Of a DNA stretch of 32,000 nt, positions 23,977 to 31,650 are shown in pieces (the first letter of the stretch is position 1; each line of letters opens with the position of its first letter). Position numbers and translations under genes: made by a program. The stretch comes from an archaeon (lineage in GTDB: Archaea; Iainarchaeota; Iainarchaeia; Iainarchaeales; CSSED10-239): contig DAOOUC010000002.1 of NCBI GenBank assembly GCA_035390665.1, positions 30,001-62,000 of the forward strand, given 5' to 3'. The notes beneath the pieces were generated by a model that was given only the letters and a program-made list of their open reading frames with translations, did no database searches and was not told the origin of the DNA.

Positions 23977-25794
23977 ATGGGAAAAACATATATAGAAACA
24001 ATCAAATATATGATTGTTGCTGATTTTGAAGTTAACGGGCTTGTCGAAAGACCAGATGTTATAGGCGCTATTTTTGGACAATCAGAAGGGCTTTTAGGAG
24101 CAAACTTAGATATTAAAGAATTACAACAAAATGGAAAGATTGGAAGAATAGAAATAGAATACAATCAAAACCAAAATAAAGTAAGAGGAGTTTTAAAACT
24201 TCCATGTAGTGTCTCTATGGTTGAAACTGCAATTATTGCTGCTTCAATTGAGACTATAGAAAAAGTAGGGCCTTGTGATGCATCTTTTAAGATTAAACAA
24301 ATAGAAGACACAAGAGGATTAAAGAGACAACAAATAAAAGAAAGAGCAATTGAACTTCTTGGTAGATTAATGCAAGAAGAGATACCTGATACTAAAGAGC
24401 TAATGGAAGAAATAATGGATACTTTTAAAACAAAAGACATAATTTCTTATGGCCCTGAAAAATTAGCAGCAGGCCCAACAGTTGATTCAAGTAAAGAATT
24501 AATTGTTGTTGAAGGAAGAGCAGACGTTTTAACTCTTCTAAGATATGGTTTTACAAATGCTATTGCAACTGGTGGGGCAAGAATTCCAAGATCTTTAGAT
24601 GATATTTCTAGAAATAAAACAGTGACTATCTTTTTAGATGGAGATCACGGCGGAGATATTCAACAACAACAATTAATCAAATCAATTAAGGTTGATTACA
24701 TTGCAAGAGCACCAGATGGAAAAGAAGTTGAAGAATTAACACAAAAAGAAATAAATCAAGCTTTAAGAAGAAGAATAAAATCAAGTTATGTTTCGTCATC
24801 TAATAATAATCAATCAACACAAGAAATAAAGCAGCCAAGCTTCAATCCTAACTTAACAAAACAAGCAGGAATTGTTAAAGCAACAAAATTTTCAACAACA
24901 GCTAATGACAATAGAAATCCATCAAAATTTTTCGAAAACAAACCACAAACTAAATTTGTTCCTCAACAAGCAAAACCCATAACCGGTTCTGATGATTTCT
25001 TTAATAACTTGCTTTCAGAAATCCCTGACATTGAAAGAGTTGATGTAAGTAGAGATTCAAGAGACCGAAACAATAGAAGAGATAATAATTCAAGAGACCG
25101 AAACAATAGGTTTGATAATCACAATAGACATGACAACCACAACCGATTTGACAATCACAGAAGTGATAATCAATTCTATAGACAAGAAGAAAAATCAATA
25201 ACAGACATGGTAAAAGAAGAAGTCGGACTTATTGAAACAAAACAAAATACATTACAAGAATATAAAAAAGACAAGGTAATCCAAAAACCAATATTTGAAT
25301 CAAAGACAATTTCAAAAACAACAATTTCAAAATCAGATAATTCTTTAAAAGCAGAACTTGAAAAAAAGATTGCAGAAATTGTTGAAAAAAAAGTTTCTGA
25401 ACCAGAAGTTAAAATTGAAAAACCAGTAGAAAAGAAAGAAGAAATTAAACCAAAAGAAGAACCAAAGAAGAAACCAATAGTTCTTCCAAAGATAACAGAC
25501 GAGATTAAACAAAATCTTTCAAAGATTATAGACGACATTAAAGACAAAAGTGAAGCAAGACTTTTAAATGAAAAATTTAGAAGAATAAGTAGTTGTTCAG
25601 CAAGTGATTTAGAACACAAATTAAGAGATTTTACTTCTGATAAACTATTTGCAATAGCTGTTGATTCAGACCTTAATGACACAATAAAAGATTTAGCAAA
25701 AGAAAAAGGTGCAAGAATTTTGGTTGTTAAGAACTCAACAGGAGTTAAAGACAGTCAAATACATCTTATGAACTATCAAGAATTAGGAAAATAA
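23977..25794 (+). CDS. dnaG: archaeal DnaG (Toprim) primase/exosome-associated protein with long low-complexity insert
   Basis: Has the N-terminal FEVNGLVERPDVIGAIFGQSEGLLG and the Toprim motifs VVEGRADV and FLDGDHGGD. The conserved C-terminal AIAVDSDLNDTIKDLAKEKGARILV is present. About 240 aa of N/Q/R/D/K/E-rich linker lies in between. Confidence 0.9.
   Translation: MGKTYIETIKYMIVADFEVNGLVERPDVIGAIFGQSEGLLGANLDIKELQQNGKIGRIEIEYNQNQNKVRGVLKLPCSVSMVETAIIAASIETIEKVGPCDASFKIKQIEDTRGLKRQQIKERAIELLGRLMQEEIPDTKELMEEIMDTFKTKDIISYGPEKLAAGPTVDSSKELIVVEGRADVLTLLRYGFTNAIATGGARIPRSLDDISRNKTVTIFLDGDHGGDIQQQQLIKSIKVDYIARAPDGKEVEELTQKEINQALRRRIKSSYVSSSNNNQSTQEIKQPSFNPNLTKQAGIVKATKFSTTANDNRNPSKFFENKPQTKFVPQQAKPITGSDDFFNNLLSEIPDIERVDVSRDSRDRNNRRDNNSRDRNNRFDNHNRHDNHNRFDNHRSDNQFYRQEEKSITDMVKEEVGLIETKQNTLQEYKKDKVIQKPIFESKTISKTTISKSDNSLKAELEKKIAEIVEKKVSEPEVKIEKPVEKKEEIKPKEEPKKKPIVLPKITDEIKQNLSKIIDDIKDKSEARLLNEKFRRISSCSASDLEHKLRDFTSDKLFAIAVDSDLNDTIKDLAKEKGARILVVKNSTGVKDSQIHLMNYQELGK
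25050..25175 (+). repeat. degenerate in-frame tandem repeats inside dnaG (R/D/N-rich)
   Basis: The 21-mer TTCAAGAGACCGAAACAATAG occurs twice (25056-25076, 25089-25109; 33-nt period). It is followed by TTTGAYAATCACA repeats and encodes RDSRDRNNRRDNNSRDRNNRFDNHNRHDNHNRFDNH. Confidence 0.7.
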
Positions 25795-25802
25795 AGAAGA
25801 AA

Positions 25803-26180
25803 TTATTTCTTCTTCTTCTTTATTGATTTTTTAATAGCAACTATTTCTTTCTTTTCAGTCTTTGTCTTATATACTGCTTCTCCAATTATTAATAATGTAA
25901 TTGATATTAATATCTTGATAAGTGCAGTTAAATAGATTATCATATATTGTGAAATAGAAAGATCTAATTGATTTTCTCTAATTTTAAAGCCTAAGCCATT
26001 AGTTGCATTTTCTTTACAGGTAGATATTTCAGTGTCTGTTAAAGATATATCTGTACATAATTTGTATTCTGAAACATAATCTACTCTGTTAAACAAATCA
26101 ACAATAGAAAGAACCAATAACAAAACAGCAACGGTAATAACAAAAGCACCGATTGTTTTCTTAATATTTAATTTTTCCAT
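25803..26180 (-). CDS. small membrane protein (2 TM, K-rich tail)
   Basis: 125-aa ORF with an AGGAGTGA SD upstream. TM helices lie near residues 9-30 and 88-110. Confidence 0.6.
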   Translation of the reverse strand: MEKLNIKKTIGAFVITVAVLLLVLSIVDLFNRVDYVSEYKLCTDISLTDTEISTCKENATNGLGFKIRENQLDLSISQYMIIYLTALIKILISITLLIIGEAVYKTKTEKKEIVAIKKSIKKKKK

Positions 26181-26287
26181 ACTTAATCATTTCACTCCTT
26201 TTTTAAAATATTATAATATTATTAGTGTGTTATGTATTTAAATATTTTTTTGTTTCTATATTATTTAGAGATTTCTAGTTTTTTAAA

Positions 26288-26360
26288 GGATCTGTGGTCT
26301 AGTGGTTATGATATCACCCTTACAAGGTGAGGATCGGCGGTCCGAATCCGCCCAGATCCA
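26288..26360 (+). tRNA. tRNA-Val (anticodon UAC)
   Basis: 73-nt cloverleaf. Acceptor is GGATCTG/CAGATCC, the anticodon arm is TCACC-CTTACAA-GGTGA, and the T arm is GGCGG-TCCGAAT-CCGCC. Confidence 0.9.
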
Positions 26361-26377
26361 CTTTTAATTTTTTATTT

Positions 26378-26451
26378 GGCTGTGGTAGATTTAGCAACCA
26401 GTAAGTACAATCAAAGTTCTGGCTGGGCGCCAACCGACCGCAACCGGTTGT
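26378..26451 (+). ncRNA. GC-rich structured element / leader fused to tRNA-Leu (unclassified, related to 14851-14916)
   Basis: 74-nt block that starts GGCTGTGG and ends GGTTGT at tRNA +1. Possible helices are GGCTGTGG/CCGCAACC and CAACCAG/CTGGCTG. The 3' 25 nt are 19/25 identical to the box before tRNA-Asn. Confidence 0.35.
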
Positions 26452-26533
26452 GCAGGAATTCCCGAGCGGTCAAAGGGGCACGGCTAAGAACCGTGTGCTT
26501 AGTGCTTCGCAGGTTCGAATCCTGTTTCCTGCA
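26452..26533 (+). tRNA. tRNA-Leu (class II, anticodon AAG as read)
   Basis: 82 nt. Acceptor is GCAGGAA/TTCCTGC, the D stem is 3 bp (CCC/GGG), the anticodon arm is CACGG-CTAAGAA-CCGTG, and the T arm is GCAGG-TTCGAAT-CCTGT. The long variable region TGCTTAGTGCTTC pairs only weakly. Confidence 0.7.
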
Positions 26534-27175
26534 TTATTTTTTCTTTTTCTTGTAAATGTGATAAGAATATACAAATATTATTACAACTGAACCTAATAAT
26601 GTAATCATAAAAATTATTGCAAAGTGTTTTAAATAAAATATACTTGTAAGTAATAGAATTCCTAATATTATGAAAACTTTGCTTGCAAATACATGGGTCT
26701 TTTCCCAAGTTTCTTGATCTAAAAGAGTCCAAGGAGTTCTTATTCCAAAAAATGGATTTCTTGTCTTTACATTTTTTAATATTATTCCAAGAGCAATCAA
26801 TAATGCAGAAGTTGCAGGAATCATAAAGTAACTCATATTGAATTTAATTCCCATATTATAAATCAAAGACAAAATAGATATAAAAAATAAAAATAAAATA
26901 GACATTGTAATTGTTGTACTAAGTTGTTTACCTATTTCTTTTTGCTTGAAGTATTCTGTTCTAGAAAATACACTATAAATAATTAAAACAAAAAAAAAGA
27001 AAAAAGGCATAATTAATACACCAAATAATTTTGGAGAAAAATCATCAGCTATACCTTGTGCATTCCAATGTGTTGCAATCTGTTCTGGAAGTTGAGGATA
27101 AATAATAGCTGCAATAATTAAATAAATAATTGTTAAAATCAAGATTATTATTTCTGTTTTTTTAAGTTTAATCAT
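26534..27175 (-). CDS. DUF1648 + SdpI/YhfL-family membrane protein
   Basis: Contains PEQIATHWNAQGIADDFSPK (DUF1648-like) and NPFFGIRTPWTLLDQETWEKTH (SdpI-family signature). The start is trimmed to Met45 (MIKLKKTEI). Its stop codon abuts the 3' end of tRNA-Leu. Confidence 0.75.
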   Translation of the reverse strand: MIKLKKTEIIILILTIIYLIIAAIIYPQLPEQIATHWNAQGIADDFSPKLFGVLIMPFFFFFVLIIYSVFSRTEYFKQKEIGKQLSTTITMSILFLFFISILSLIYNMGIKFNMSYFMIPATSALLIALGIILKNVKTRNPFFGIRTPWTLLDQETWEKTHVFASKVFIILGILLLTSIFYLKHFAIIFMITLLGSVVIIFVYSYHIYKKKKK

Positions 27176-27227
27176 AATATCACATAAAATAAAAAGATAA
27201 TAAATATTATAAATTGTTGTTTCTTTA

Positions 27228-29000
27228 ATGTTTATGATGAAAATTAAAGTTTTAATATTATTGGCAATATTATTAATCAATCCAATATTTGCAGAAGAAA
27301 ACGACAATAGTTTAGAGTTTTCAGCAATGAAAACTAAATATATCTCAATGGATTTAAATATAACTATGCCAATTTATGTTTCAGGGTATACAGAAAATTC
27401 AGAATTTACATATAAAACCGCAATTTTTTCAAATTATAAAACCCAAACAGTAGATATAGAAGCATATTATTTTGATGAGAACAATAATAAAATTCTTGCA
27501 GAAATAATTAACGAAAATGGGAATCGTTATGCTATATTTAAAGTTAAACCAGTAACTAAGACAGAATATTTATTTTATATTTCTGGTTCAATTGTTTCAG
27601 AAAATAAAACAACATTAAATAATCAAGACCACAATTTAAATCAAGAAATACTTGAAGAAAAAGAATATACATTATCATCTAGATTTATACAATCAAATTC
27701 TTTAGAAATAAAAACGATTGCTAAATATTTAAAACAATCAGAAGATGCAATTGAAAATCTAGTAAATGTAACTAATTGGGTGCATGATTATTTAGAATAT
27801 GATAATAGTTACATAGAAGAAGTAATAGATTCAAAAACCATCTTAAGTGAAAAAAAAGGAGTATGTGATGAATTTGCAATACTTGAAGCAGCAATTTTAA
27901 GAGCACAAGGATATCCTGTAAAATATGTTGTAGGGTATGCAAATACAAGCCAAGAGTGGGGACCACACGCCTGGTTAGAAGTGTATATACCTAATCAAGG
28001 CTGGATTCCAGTAGATCCTACATATAACGAAGTTGGTTTTGTAGATTCTAGCCACATAGTTTTAGAAAAATTAAAAGATCCTGTTGAATCTAAAGACAGT
28101 GTAACTTCTACAAGCAATATTGAAATTGCTTTTGGAAATAAAACCCACAATTTCAAACACAATGAAACAAGAAATTATCAAGATTCAGGATATGAAAATA
28201 TAATAAAGATGTCTATGATTTTTAATAAAGACAATTTGTCTTCAAGTCCTTTTAATGTAAAATTAAATTTAATAAATACAACCTCAAGCCCAGTAGCTGT
28301 TCTTGTTGTAAGTCAAATTTCTCAAGACTTTAATCAAATTTATCCAAATTCTAGAAAAAAAATATATTATCTTAAAGGGTTTGAAGAAAAGAATGTTGAT
28401 TATTTTTTTATTTTGCCAAGTGTAGATAATTCCTATAGTTATAGTTTTGGATTTTCGTCTCAATTAAATGATATAGAAGATTTTGTAAATATTCATAAAA
28501 ATAAAGGAATCTATCAGGAATTATTTTTAGCAAATAATCCAATAATATTTTTTAAAGACAATTATTTTTATTTTGAACAAGATTTCTTCAATTATTCTAA
28601 TAAAGATAAAAACATAAATTTTAATTTTGATTATAATGGAGATAAGACAAGCAAACAAATTATTATTCAAAAAAATAATACAACAAAATACACAGTAACA
28701 TTTCCTATACTAGAAGATGCAAATTTTAATTATTTAATTTCTGGAGATTATAGTTTTTCCGGACAAACCTTTTTTTATAAAGAACACGAAGAAATAATCT
28801 CTGAAACAGAAGAAGAATTAATCGATAGCAATGTTGAAGACGTAAATAATTATGAAAAGATATTTAATAATATAGATAAGAACAGAATCGAAGAAAAATC
28901 AAAATTGAATTATGTGTCTATTGTTTTTATTGTTTTGTTTATGATCTTTATTGTATACTTGTTTGTTATGAAAAGCATAAAAAGTAATGGATTACAATAA
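27228..29000 (+). CDS. secreted, C-terminally anchored transglutaminase-like protein
   Basis: Has a signal peptide and a transglutaminase core with Cys-His-Asp: KKGVCDEFAILEAAILRAQGYP, GPHAWLEVYIPNQGWIPVDPTY. A C-terminal TM helix VSIVFIVLFMIFIVYLFVM is present. Confidence 0.85.
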   Translation: MFMMKIKVLILLAILLINPIFAEENDNSLEFSAMKTKYISMDLNITMPIYVSGYTENSEFTYKTAIFSNYKTQTVDIEAYYFDENNNKILAEIINENGNRYAIFKVKPVTKTEYLFYISGSIVSENKTTLNNQDHNLNQEILEEKEYTLSSRFIQSNSLEIKTIAKYLKQSEDAIENLVNVTNWVHDYLEYDNSYIEEVIDSKTILSEKKGVCDEFAILEAAILRAQGYPVKYVVGYANTSQEWGPHAWLEVYIPNQGWIPVDPTYNEVGFVDSSHIVLEKLKDPVESKDSVTSTSNIEIAFGNKTHNFKHNETRNYQDSGYENIIKMSMIFNKDNLSSSPFNVKLNLINTTSSPVAVLVVSQISQDFNQIYPNSRKKIYYLKGFEEKNVDYFFILPSVDNSYSYSFGFSSQLNDIEDFVNIHKNKGIYQELFLANNPIIFFKDNYFYFEQDFFNYSNKDKNINFNFDYNGDKTSKQIIIQKNNTTKYTVTFPILEDANFNYLISGDYSFSGQTFFYKEHEEIISETEEELIDSNVEDVNNYEKIFNNIDKNRIEEKSKLNYVSIVFIVLFMIFIVYLFVMKSIKSNGLQ

Positions 29001-29041
29001 CAACCATTTATAAACTTTTTTTAATATTTATTATATATTAT

Positions 29042-29113
29042 ACGCCTGTAGTATAGTGGTTAGTATGGGAGCTTGCCAAGCTTTCGGCTCGGGTTCGAAT
29101 CCCGGCAGGCGTA
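29042..29113 (+). tRNA. tRNA-Gly (anticodon GCC)
   Basis: 72-nt cloverleaf. Acceptor is ACGCCTG/CAGGCGT, the anticodon arm is GGAGC-TTGCCAA-GCTTT, and the T arm is TCGGG-TTCGAAT-CCCGG. Confidence 0.85.
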
Positions 29114-29127
29114 CTTTTTTGATTAAT

Positions 29128-29442
29128 ATGACTGAGACTAAAGATAGTTTAAAGAAAAGATTTTTCTATTTGATTGATTTTGCTATTTCTGAATATCGCA
29201 ATAAAAATGGAAATCCATATATAAAAGAATATATTGAATTAGCATTTGAGATTTCAAAAAAAATAAATTATAGAGTGTCTAAAGATGTACATTTAATGGT
29301 TTGTAAATATTGTTTTTCAGTAAGAGATTCAAAAAATACGAAAATTAGAACTATAACAGAAATTAAGAATCACAAAAAACAAAAATACATAAAAATTCAT
29401 TGTTTAAATTGTAATAATATAAAAAAAATAAATATAAAATAG
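29128..29442 (+). CDS. rnp4: RNase P protein component 4 (Rpp21/Rpr2)
   Basis: 104 aa with the zinc ribbon CKYC...(26 aa)...CLNC after a helical N-terminal half, as in Rpr2. The start is moved to ATG 29128 because the track ORF start lies inside tRNA-Gly. Confidence 0.7.
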   Translation: MTETKDSLKKRFFYLIDFAISEYRNKNGNPYIKEYIELAFEISKKINYRVSKDVHLMVCKYCFSVRDSKNTKIRTITEIKNHKKQKYIKIHCLNCNNIKKINIK

Positions 29443-29450
29443 AGATAATT

Positions 29451-30158
29451 ATGGCATTACAAAAACGACCACTAAAAAGAATAAAACCTAGAGAAAAAAC
29501 AACACAGGAAAAAGTAGAAATTATTAGAAGAAAGTTATCTGTGCCCTTAGAAATTAAAGATGTAAATCAAATAAAAAAAATAAATTTGGTTTTTGAAGAA
29601 ACAAAATCCCAGATTAATAAATTAAGAGAAATTAAAGACCCAGTTAAAGAAAAAGAACTAAGATACAGAATTTTCTTAGAATTTGAAAAAAAAATGAAAG
29701 CATTGGGTTCTTCTTTAAGTTTTCAAAAAATAAAAGGTAGCGAAAAATCAGCAGCAGATAAATTTTATACACTAATTGCAAGAGATTATTATAATCACAC
29801 TACAAAAGCAATGACTTCTGCAAAAATAGGAAATCTAATGGTTCAGATTAAAAGAAAATTAAAAAGCCCACTTCATCCAAAAAAAATTAAAGAGTATATG
29901 GAAAGATGTTATTATGAATCCATGTTTTTTATTCAAGGAGAAGCTGTAGAAAATAGTTTTAAGCGTCTCGAAATAAGATTGGGGGATATTCCTTCTGAAA
30001 TTAAAACAACTGTTGCTAATTTTTTAGTTAAAGAATATATGGCTGGATATGATAAACAAGTAAAAGAATATAGGGACACAAAAAAAGTAGAAAGTGATAT
30101 TGTTGCAAATGCTTATGCTAATCTTGCAATAAGAATATCATTTTTAGAAATGTTATAA
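29451..30158 (+). CDS. hypothetical basic helical protein (235 aa)
   Basis: ORF 8 nt after rnp4 on the same strand. It is K/R/E-rich and helical; not recognised. Confidence 0.65.
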   Translation: MALQKRPLKRIKPREKTTQEKVEIIRRKLSVPLEIKDVNQIKKINLVFEETKSQINKLREIKDPVKEKELRYRIFLEFEKKMKALGSSLSFQKIKGSEKSAADKFYTLIARDYYNHTTKAMTSAKIGNLMVQIKRKLKSPLHPKKIKEYMERCYYESMFFIQGEAVENSFKRLEIRLGDIPSEIKTTVANFLVKEYMAGYDKQVKEYRDTKKVESDIVANAYANLAIRISFLEML

Positions 30159-30212
30159 AACAATAACTATTTAAATAAAACTACTCCATAATTATATTAT
30201 AATACTTGTTTT

Positions 30213-30232
30213 TAGACAAAATCTTTTGTCTA
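30213..30232 (+). terminator. perfect 9-bp hairpin TAGACAAAA-TC-TTTTGTCTA
   Basis: Inverted repeat 55 nt downstream of the stop at 30158, in the spacer before rps19e. Confidence 0.3.
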
Positions 30233-30320
30233 TAAACCAGCAGAAATGCGAAAAGATTTTTTTAAATGGCTTAAAATTTTTAAGTTGTTTAAAAGAGTAT
30301 AAAAAACAAAACACTTTGAG

Positions 30321-30887
30321 GTGAATATTTTGGCAAATGTAAAAGACGTACCTGCACAAGTTATGATAGCAGAGATCGCAAAAGATTTAAAAAATAACAA
30401 AAAAGTAAAAGTTCCAGATTTTGCAAAATTTGTAAAAACAGGATGTAGTAGAGAAAAAGCCCCACAAGATAGAGATTGGTGGTTTGTAAGAATGGCATCT
30501 ATTCTAAGAAAAGTTGCAATTAATGATAAAACGACAGTTAATTCTTTAAGAACCTATTATGGTGGAAGAAAAAACCGAGGAGTAAAGCCAGAAGAATTTA
30601 GAAAAGCTGGTGGAAAGATAATTAGAGTTTGTTTACAGGATTTAGAAAAATTAGGCCTTGTAAGTAAATCAGATGAAAAAAAAGGAAGAATAATTACTCC
30701 CGTAGGTCAAAAATATCTAGATAAGATGGCAACAGAAATCTTAAAAGACTTTGATAAATATAAGATTGTTAAGAAAGAAAAAGAAATTGTTATGACAAAA
30801 GAAACAAAATCTGAAAATACTTCTGAGAAATCAAAAGGAAAGAAGCCACAGAAGAAAAAAACAGAAGAAAGTGAGAGTGAAGAATAA
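30321..30887 (+). CDS. rps19e: ribosomal protein S19e with K/E-rich C-terminal extension
   Basis: Contains VKDVPAQVMIAEIAKDLK, DWWFVRMASILRKV and YGGRKNRGVKPEEF. The start may be in-frame TTG 30330, because GTG 30321 lies inside the GAGGTGA SD. Confidence 0.9.
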   Translation: MNILANVKDVPAQVMIAEIAKDLKNNKKVKVPDFAKFVKTGCSREKAPQDRDWWFVRMASILRKVAINDKTTVNSLRTYYGGRKNRGVKPEEFRKAGGKIIRVCLQDLEKLGLVSKSDEKKGRIITPVGQKYLDKMATEILKDFDKYKIVKKEKEIVMTKETKSENTSEKSKGKKPQKKKTEESESEE

Positions 30888-31201
30888 TGGCAAGAACAAA
30901 AACCAGAGAAAAGAAAGAATTTTTAATTGCTCAAAGAGATAAGGTTGGTCCAGGTTACTTAAATACTCCTGTTTGGATTATTCAAAAAGCAGGTAAAAGA
31001 ATTTGGAATAGAAGACAAAAAAGAAACTGGAAACAAACAGAATTTGGAGCAGAGTTTGAAAAATTACAATTAAAGAAGAAAGATGCTGTTTTAAAAATTA
31101 AAAGAACAAGCGGAAAGAGAGTAAAGACAGCAAGAAGAGTTGTAAAGAAAACAAGAAATACAACAGTTGTAAGAAATCCAATAAAAAAGAAGAAAAAGTG
31201 A
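30887..31201 (+). CDS. rpl39e: ribosomal protein L39e with about 50-aa basic C-terminal extension
   Basis: The N-terminal 50 aa match the L39e pattern (..PVWIIQKAGKRIWNRRQKRNWKQTE..). The ATG overlaps the rps19e stop (TAATG). The gene ends in TGA, followed by a second in-frame TGA. Confidence 0.8.
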   Translation: MARTKTREKKEFLIAQRDKVGPGYLNTPVWIIQKAGKRIWNRRQKRNWKQTEFGAEFEKLQLKKKDAVLKIKRTSGKRVKTARRVVKKTRNTTVVRNPIKKKKK

Positions 31202-31213
31202 GTGTGATATTTT

Positions 31214-31648
31214 ATGCCATGTGAAAACTATATTATACCTTTACAAAAGGTATATGATAATAAACCAAGAACCAGAAGAGCAAATAATGCTATTACTGTG
31301 ATTTATGATTTCTTTAAGAAACATACAAGAAAAGACAAGAAAGACATTATTATTTCTTCAGAGGTTAATGAATATATTTGGCAAAATAGTATTCAAAACC
31401 CTCCAAGAAAAGTTGCAGTTAGTATTAAGATAGATAACGGAAAGGTCTATGTCTTTTTAAAAGACTCTAAAGCTTTTAAGGAATTTGGCAAAGCTCCTGA
31501 GAAAAAAGAAAAGATTTCAAAAGCAAAAACAACAGAAGAAACAAAACCAGTAGCTGAAAAAAAAGAAGAAAAAGCAGTAACTGAAAAGAAAGAATCAAAA
31601 CCTGTTGTAGAAAAGAAAGAAACAAAACCTAAAGTAAAAAAGGAATAG
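31214..31648 (+). CDS. rpl31e: ribosomal protein L31e with K/E/P-rich repetitive C-terminal extension
   Basis: Contains PRTRRANNAITVIYDFFKKH and EVNEYIWQNSIQNPPRKVAVSIK, the L31e signature. The tail is KKEEKAVTEKKESKPVVEKKETKPKVKKE. Confidence 0.85.
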   Translation: MPCENYIIPLQKVYDNKPRTRRANNAITVIYDFFKKHTRKDKKDIIISSEVNEYIWQNSIQNPPRKVAVSIKIDNGKVYVFLKDSKAFKEFGKAPEKKEKISKAKTTEETKPVAEKKEEKAVTEKKESKPVVEKKETKPKVKKE

Positions 31649-31650
31649 AA

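Noticed and set aside
25176-25682. 168-aa antisense ORF inside dnaG
   Set aside because: It is the complement of the K/E-rich dnaG segment, giving F/S/L-rich pseudo-protein with no start context. The same reasoning applies to antisense or alternate-frame ORFs inside 368-2317, ileS, cysS and the methyltransferase.
26499-26732. 77-aa minus-strand ORF ending ..QETGFEPAKH
   Set aside because: Its 3' part is antisense to tRNA-Leu, and the rest is an alternative frame of the SdpI-like gene.
29056-29127. N-terminal 24 codons of track ORF 29056..29442
   Set aside because: They overlap tRNA-Gly (29042-29113). The Rpp21 homology begins at Met25.
31199-31216. Genome-wide UGA reassignment (prompted by rare TGA stops and the in-frame TGA in asnA)
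   Set aside because: Reading through the L39e TGA meets a second in-frame TGA and would fuse L39e to L31e, which is implausible. Read-through of the kae1 TGA adds only 8 codons. A local indel in asnA is the simpler explanation.
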